DNA of 63,085 nucleotides, filler included, from Sphacelaria rigidula (taxonomy: Eukaryota): the NCBI GenBank assembly GCA_964200075.2. It is 9 parts of 9 records of this genome, joined end to end, with 100 filler letters (N's around TTAATTAATTAA, not from the genome) between each part and the next. Parts side by side here need not be neighbours in the genome. Positions count along the whole stretch, not along the records: positions 56,166 to 63,085 come from CAXNAA020017399.1; 8 more parts are not named here. One strand, given 5' to 3'. The translations under genes and the position numbers were made by a program. The notes under the pieces were generated by a model that was given only the letters and a program-made list of their open reading frames with translations, ran no database searches and was not told the DNA's origin. Of the stretch, positions 63,000-63,085 are shown in pieces. The first letter of the stretch is position 1; each line of letters begins with the position of its first letter.

Positions 63000-63085
63000 C
63001 GAGCGGGGGGGAGGGGGGTGGGGGTGGCGTACTCATTTGTTGCTTGCCTTAGTCGTGTGACCATTGACCACGCACTCCTTTCGAG
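63000..63085 (-). mobile_element. LINE 3' end with C-rich tail
   Basis: Reverse complement of the terminal motif, preceded on + by G runs. Confidence 0.85.

Overview
This is eukaryotic, intron-rich and repeat-dense DNA, most consistent with a brown alga or other stramenopile (inference from gene style and repeat types). It is not one locus. It is nine ~6.92-kb pieces in descending length order (6922, 6921x3, 6920x5), joined by 100-bp N/TTAATTAATTAA/N spacers, so adjacency across spacers has no biological meaning. Host-gene fragments: a spliced Zn(II)2Cys6 (GAL4-type) transcription factor whose zinc-cluster exon is missed by the ORF track, a Tup1-like WD40 exon, a probable mitochondrial ferredoxin-like first exon, an ABHD11/YbfF-like hydrolase exon, and two exons of a probable type II membrane protein. 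Mobile DNA dominates. It includes two diverged, colinear Copia-type LTR elements encoding only gag + protease, another Copia gag, a decayed chromodomain Gypsy element, and an APE-type LINE whose ORF stops ~5 nt before a poly(C) tail (about ten copies or fragments, some head-to-tail). There are also (CAAT)n-tailed elements, a tRNA-derived SINE, pogo and hAT remnants, TTAA piggyBac-like MITEs and several fold-back MITE families. The best candidates for undescribed biology are the pol-less gag-PR LTR lineage and the poly(C)-tailed, apparently self-targeting LINE. No prokaryote-type system (CRISPR, operon) is present.
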